Shown piece after piece: positions 61,255 to 64,000 of a stretch of 64,000 nucleotides of DNA. The position numbers and the translations under genes are program-made. Each line of letters opens with the position of its first letter. Positions within the stretch are counted from its first letter, which is position 1. The notes beneath the pieces were generated by a model. That model saw only the letters and a program-made list of their open reading frames with translations, was not told where the DNA came from and made no database searches. This stretch comes from Salinispira sp. GTDB taxonomy: Bacteria; Spirochaetota; Spirochaetia; DSM-27196; Salinispiraceae. The DNA lies in assembly GCA_965602015.1 (NCBI GenBank), contig OZ271918.1:1248001-1312000 (forward strand), in the 5' to 3' direction.

Positions 61255-63774
61255 TTATGGGTTAAAGGTCACCAGCACGCTGGCGACGTTATTCGACTTA
61301 TCGGATTCGGCGAGTTCATCCCCGCTGTCGACAACCATAAGGATATATTTTGTCTGTCCTGCGAAGCCCGACGGGGTGCCTTGAACCAGTCCGTCAGTGT
61401 CTGATGCGCCTGAAGCCAGTGCTCCGGTAGACGTTGCAACTGCAAGCTCCTCATCAACCACCGGGTCATAAACAGTGTCATCTGACCAGTACCAGCTGAT
61501 CCTGGCTGTGGGATAGTCATAAGGACCGTTGTTCCGCACTTCCCAGTTGAGGCTGATGGTGCCGCCGGCAGTGACTGTGGGTGTAGCCGTAAATGAGACT
61601 ATTTCCAGATCGCTGGTCAACAAGGTGACCGGGCTAATAAAATCAAAACGGTTGTTGCTGGTATCAATCTCCCGGAGTATGGGCGTTCCGCTGAACCTTT
61701 CAACTACGGCATAGAACGTGAGGGGGCCCGCTGGAATGCCGACAAGATCCACATTGACTGTCACGGTTCTGCTCTGTGCCGCTGCGAAAATCTGATCGAC
61801 GCGCTCGGCTTGAAGTGAATAATTTACCGATCCGTCTGAGGCAAGGATTCTCACAGCGAGGCTCTCACCGTTATGACTTGCATTTCCCTCGTTCGCGATA
61901 GTGACGTCAAACTGGGCCGTGCTGCCCACCACCGGTGAGGTGAGAATATTTGATGTCAGGTTGGTTATGACAAAGTCGGCGCCGAGAATTTCTGTCGTCG
62001 CGGCCGCCGCAAGGGTGTTGTTTGATTCATCAGATTCCGGAAGGGTGTCCGAGCTGTCGACGATTGCGCCAATATAGTAATCTCCCAACGCAGTGGCCAG
62101 AGGCAAATCACTTTCAGATAGGGTAAAATCCACTGTTGTTACTGCGGAACTGACCAAACTGATGTTTTGATTCAATTGCCTTGAATCAAGCAGCAAATCG
62201 GACTCGGTAATAACCGCATCATCGGAGAAGTAAAGGCTGACTGTTACCGCCTCATTCACCGGTCCGCCATCGACCAAATCCTGGTTACCAAAGTAGGTGC
62301 CTACACCGTCGTTTCGAACCGTTACGGTTGAGGTAAAGCCGGAAACCGGTTGGGTTATGCTTAATTGAGCAGGAGAGGTTACGGAGGCGATAACCAAATC
62401 CGGTTCATCAATGCTAACAGCTGTGCTATTCACATTATTGGCAGTGTCAGTCTCCGCTGTTGCGAAAACCGGCTCTACAAAGGTGATCAAAAAATAATCT
62501 CCAGGTACAATATCCCTCAGTAAGAACGTCAGGGTTTCCGACTGAGTTTGCCCCACGGTCAGGGACTGAAATGATTGGACTTCACCGAGAAAGCTGTCCA
62601 CACCGGTTTCCAAGGTGGCATCTGTTGATAAGTAATAGGATAGTTTGAACCTGTTTGGCATATTCGCCTGCCCGCTGTTCTGAACCTCGGAGGTAATGGA
62701 AACCGATTGTCCGTTTACCAATGACGTAGAGACCCCAAAATCCACCGAATTGATGACCAAATCGGGTCCGACAATGCTCACGGTGTTGGCGGAAACCGCC
62801 ACGTTATTCGTCTCGTCATTTTCTGCGAAACTGGCATTCGCATCTACCCAGGCGACAAGATAGTAATCACCCAGCGGTGCGTCGCTGATGTCGATATCCA
62901 CGCTTGCATTTTGCACGGTATTCCAGAGCTGATTGTAGTTTCTTTCATAGGCCAGACGAAAGTCCGTGGTTTCATCAAAAACCTGGTCGCTGCTCAGGTA
63001 AAAAGCCATGTTTGTCTGTGAGGCTAGGGAGGCCCCGCTGTGGCTGCTTTGTACATCGACGGTGAATGCTTCGGCAATGCTGGCTTGGGTAGCAGTGAAG
63101 CTCACATCCAGCATTTCCAGGTCAAGATCCGCAGCAACTGTGACGGTCACTTGGGCAGTTTGCCCCTGATATGTGGCGCTGACCACCGTGGTGCCGGTGG
63201 ATACCGCACTTACCAGCCCCGAGTCGGACACGGTGGCCACAGTCTCCACGGAGCTGTTCCATGAGGCAAGGGCAGTCACATCCTCCTGACTTGAGTCATC
63301 CAAGGTCGCCCGGGCCGTGAGTTGGGTGGTGGAACCGTCGACCATGCTGATGTCTCCCGGTTCTATAGCCAGGGCATCGGCGCCTACTGCGGTAATTTGA
63401 ATGCTGTCAAAAAATCCTGCATAATCCGCGGTGAGCGTCACCGTACCCGGGGAAAGTATTTCAATGATCCCGGGTTCAAAGCCGTCGGAAATCCGTGCAA
63501 CGCTCTCATCGGAAACCTGCCAGATTATTCCGAATTGCTCTTCAACGCCTGTTCCGTCAGTGTAAAATACAAAGACCCTGGCCTGTATGCTGTCGCCCAC
63601 ATTTAGAACCTGGGTTCCTTCAACAATTTCGTTGTCCAGGGTGATATCGATGTAATCAATACCGGTTCCAAAGCCGAGCAGGTTACAGGCTGTACTCATA
63701 ATTAGGGCGAGTAAAGCAAAAACTGAAATGAACATTGTGCGAATGAGCTTCTTGTTCCTAGCATTAGTTGACAT
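61255..63774 (-). CDS. Surface lipoprotein with Ig-like (Big_2) and repeated CARDB-like domains
   Basis: MSTAC lipobox; WNSSVETVATVSDSGLV; repeated PDL...V(R/Q)N.G...E.DE.NN modules; GGAGG RBS before ATG 63774. Confidence 0.85.
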   Translation of the reverse strand: MSTNARNKKLIRTMFISVFALLALIMSTACNLLGFGTGIDYIDITLDNEIVEGTQVLNVGDSIQARVFVFYTDGTGVEEQFGIIWQVSDESVARISDGFEPGIIEILSPGTVTLTADYAGFFDSIQITAVGADALAIEPGDISMVDGSTTQLTARATLDDSSQEDVTALASWNSSVETVATVSDSGLVSAVSTGTTVVSATYQGQTAQVTVTVAADLDLEMLDVSFTATQASIAEAFTVDVQSSHSGASLASQTNMAFYLSSDQVFDETTDFRLAYERNYNQLWNTVQNASVDIDISDAPLGDYYLVAWVDANASFAENDETNNVAVSANTVSIVGPDLVINSVDFGVSTSLVNGQSVSITSEVQNSGQANMPNRFKLSYYLSTDATLETGVDSFLGEVQSFQSLTVGQTQSETLTFLLRDIVPGDYFLITFVEPVFATAETDTANNVNSTAVSIDEPDLVIASVTSPAQLSITQPVSGFTSTVTVRNDGVGTYFGNQDLVDGGPVNEAVTVSLYFSDDAVITESDLLLDSRQLNQNISLVSSAVTTVDFTLSESDLPLATALGDYYIGAIVDSSDTLPESDESNNTLAAAATTEILGADFVITNLTSNILTSPVVGSTAQFDVTIANEGNASHNGESLAVRILASDGSVNYSLQAERVDQIFAAAQSRTVTVNVDLVGIPAGPLTFYAVVERFSGTPILREIDTSNNRFDFISPVTLLTSDLEIVSFTATPTVTAGGTISLNWEVRNNGPYDYPTARISWYWSDDTVYDPVVDEELAVATSTGALASGASDTDGLVQGTPSGFAGQTKYILMVVDSGDELAESDKSNNVASVLVTFNP

Positions 63775-64000
63775 GGTTTCCTCCACCGATCAGGTTAGTA
63801 AAATGTCGAAAGAAGGCTAAAGATGAGTAACTTAGTCAATTATAGACCGAAGAATACCATGTTGCAATCTTTTCTCCAATATTAGAGAAAATTCTGTATT
63901 TCTGAGGAAGTATGTAGGCTATTGCCTCCCATCGGCCAATTGTCTACTTTGAAACCATGAGCAGATTCAAGATTGATGAAGCAAACCTGTACGAAGCCCT

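Overview
64-kb bacterial chromosomal window. The host is probably a free-living spirochaete, a weak inference from the many lipoproteins and signalling proteins. Ordinary signalling and metabolic genes at both ends flank a ~29-kb accessory/defence region (about 16.2-45.6 kb). That region contains: (i) three tandem paralogues of a heptad/hendecad-repeat, C-terminally membrane-anchored protein, each bracketed by a ~150-bp inverted-repeat element built from 10-bp CGCGGAT units, with the same left arm recurring in front of a frameshifted GxxExxY PD-(D/E)xK nuclease gene; (ii) an SF1/UvrD-like helicase with a HEPN(DUF4145)-like N-terminus; (iii) a complete, AT-rich type I-F CRISPR-Cas operon and a 74-repeat array, split by an intact IS66 (8-bp TSD) and truncated by a second, decayed IS66 whose other end cuts a Phd/YefM-like antitoxin gene; (iv) tiny (29-44 bp) structured insertions inside the decayed IS66, two of which share a covarying fold; (v) pseudogenes of an RtcR-like sigma-54 activator and a lipoprotein. 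Elsewhere are a pseudogenised MCP, an MNT-HEPN toxin-antitoxin pair, an IS629-like IS3 element, a 144-bp MITE-like element, an ErcA/ErcS-like pair, a double-domain adenylate kinase, c-di-GMP enzymes and a CARDB/Ig-repeat lipoprotein. All family calls come from motif recognition by eye; no searches were run.
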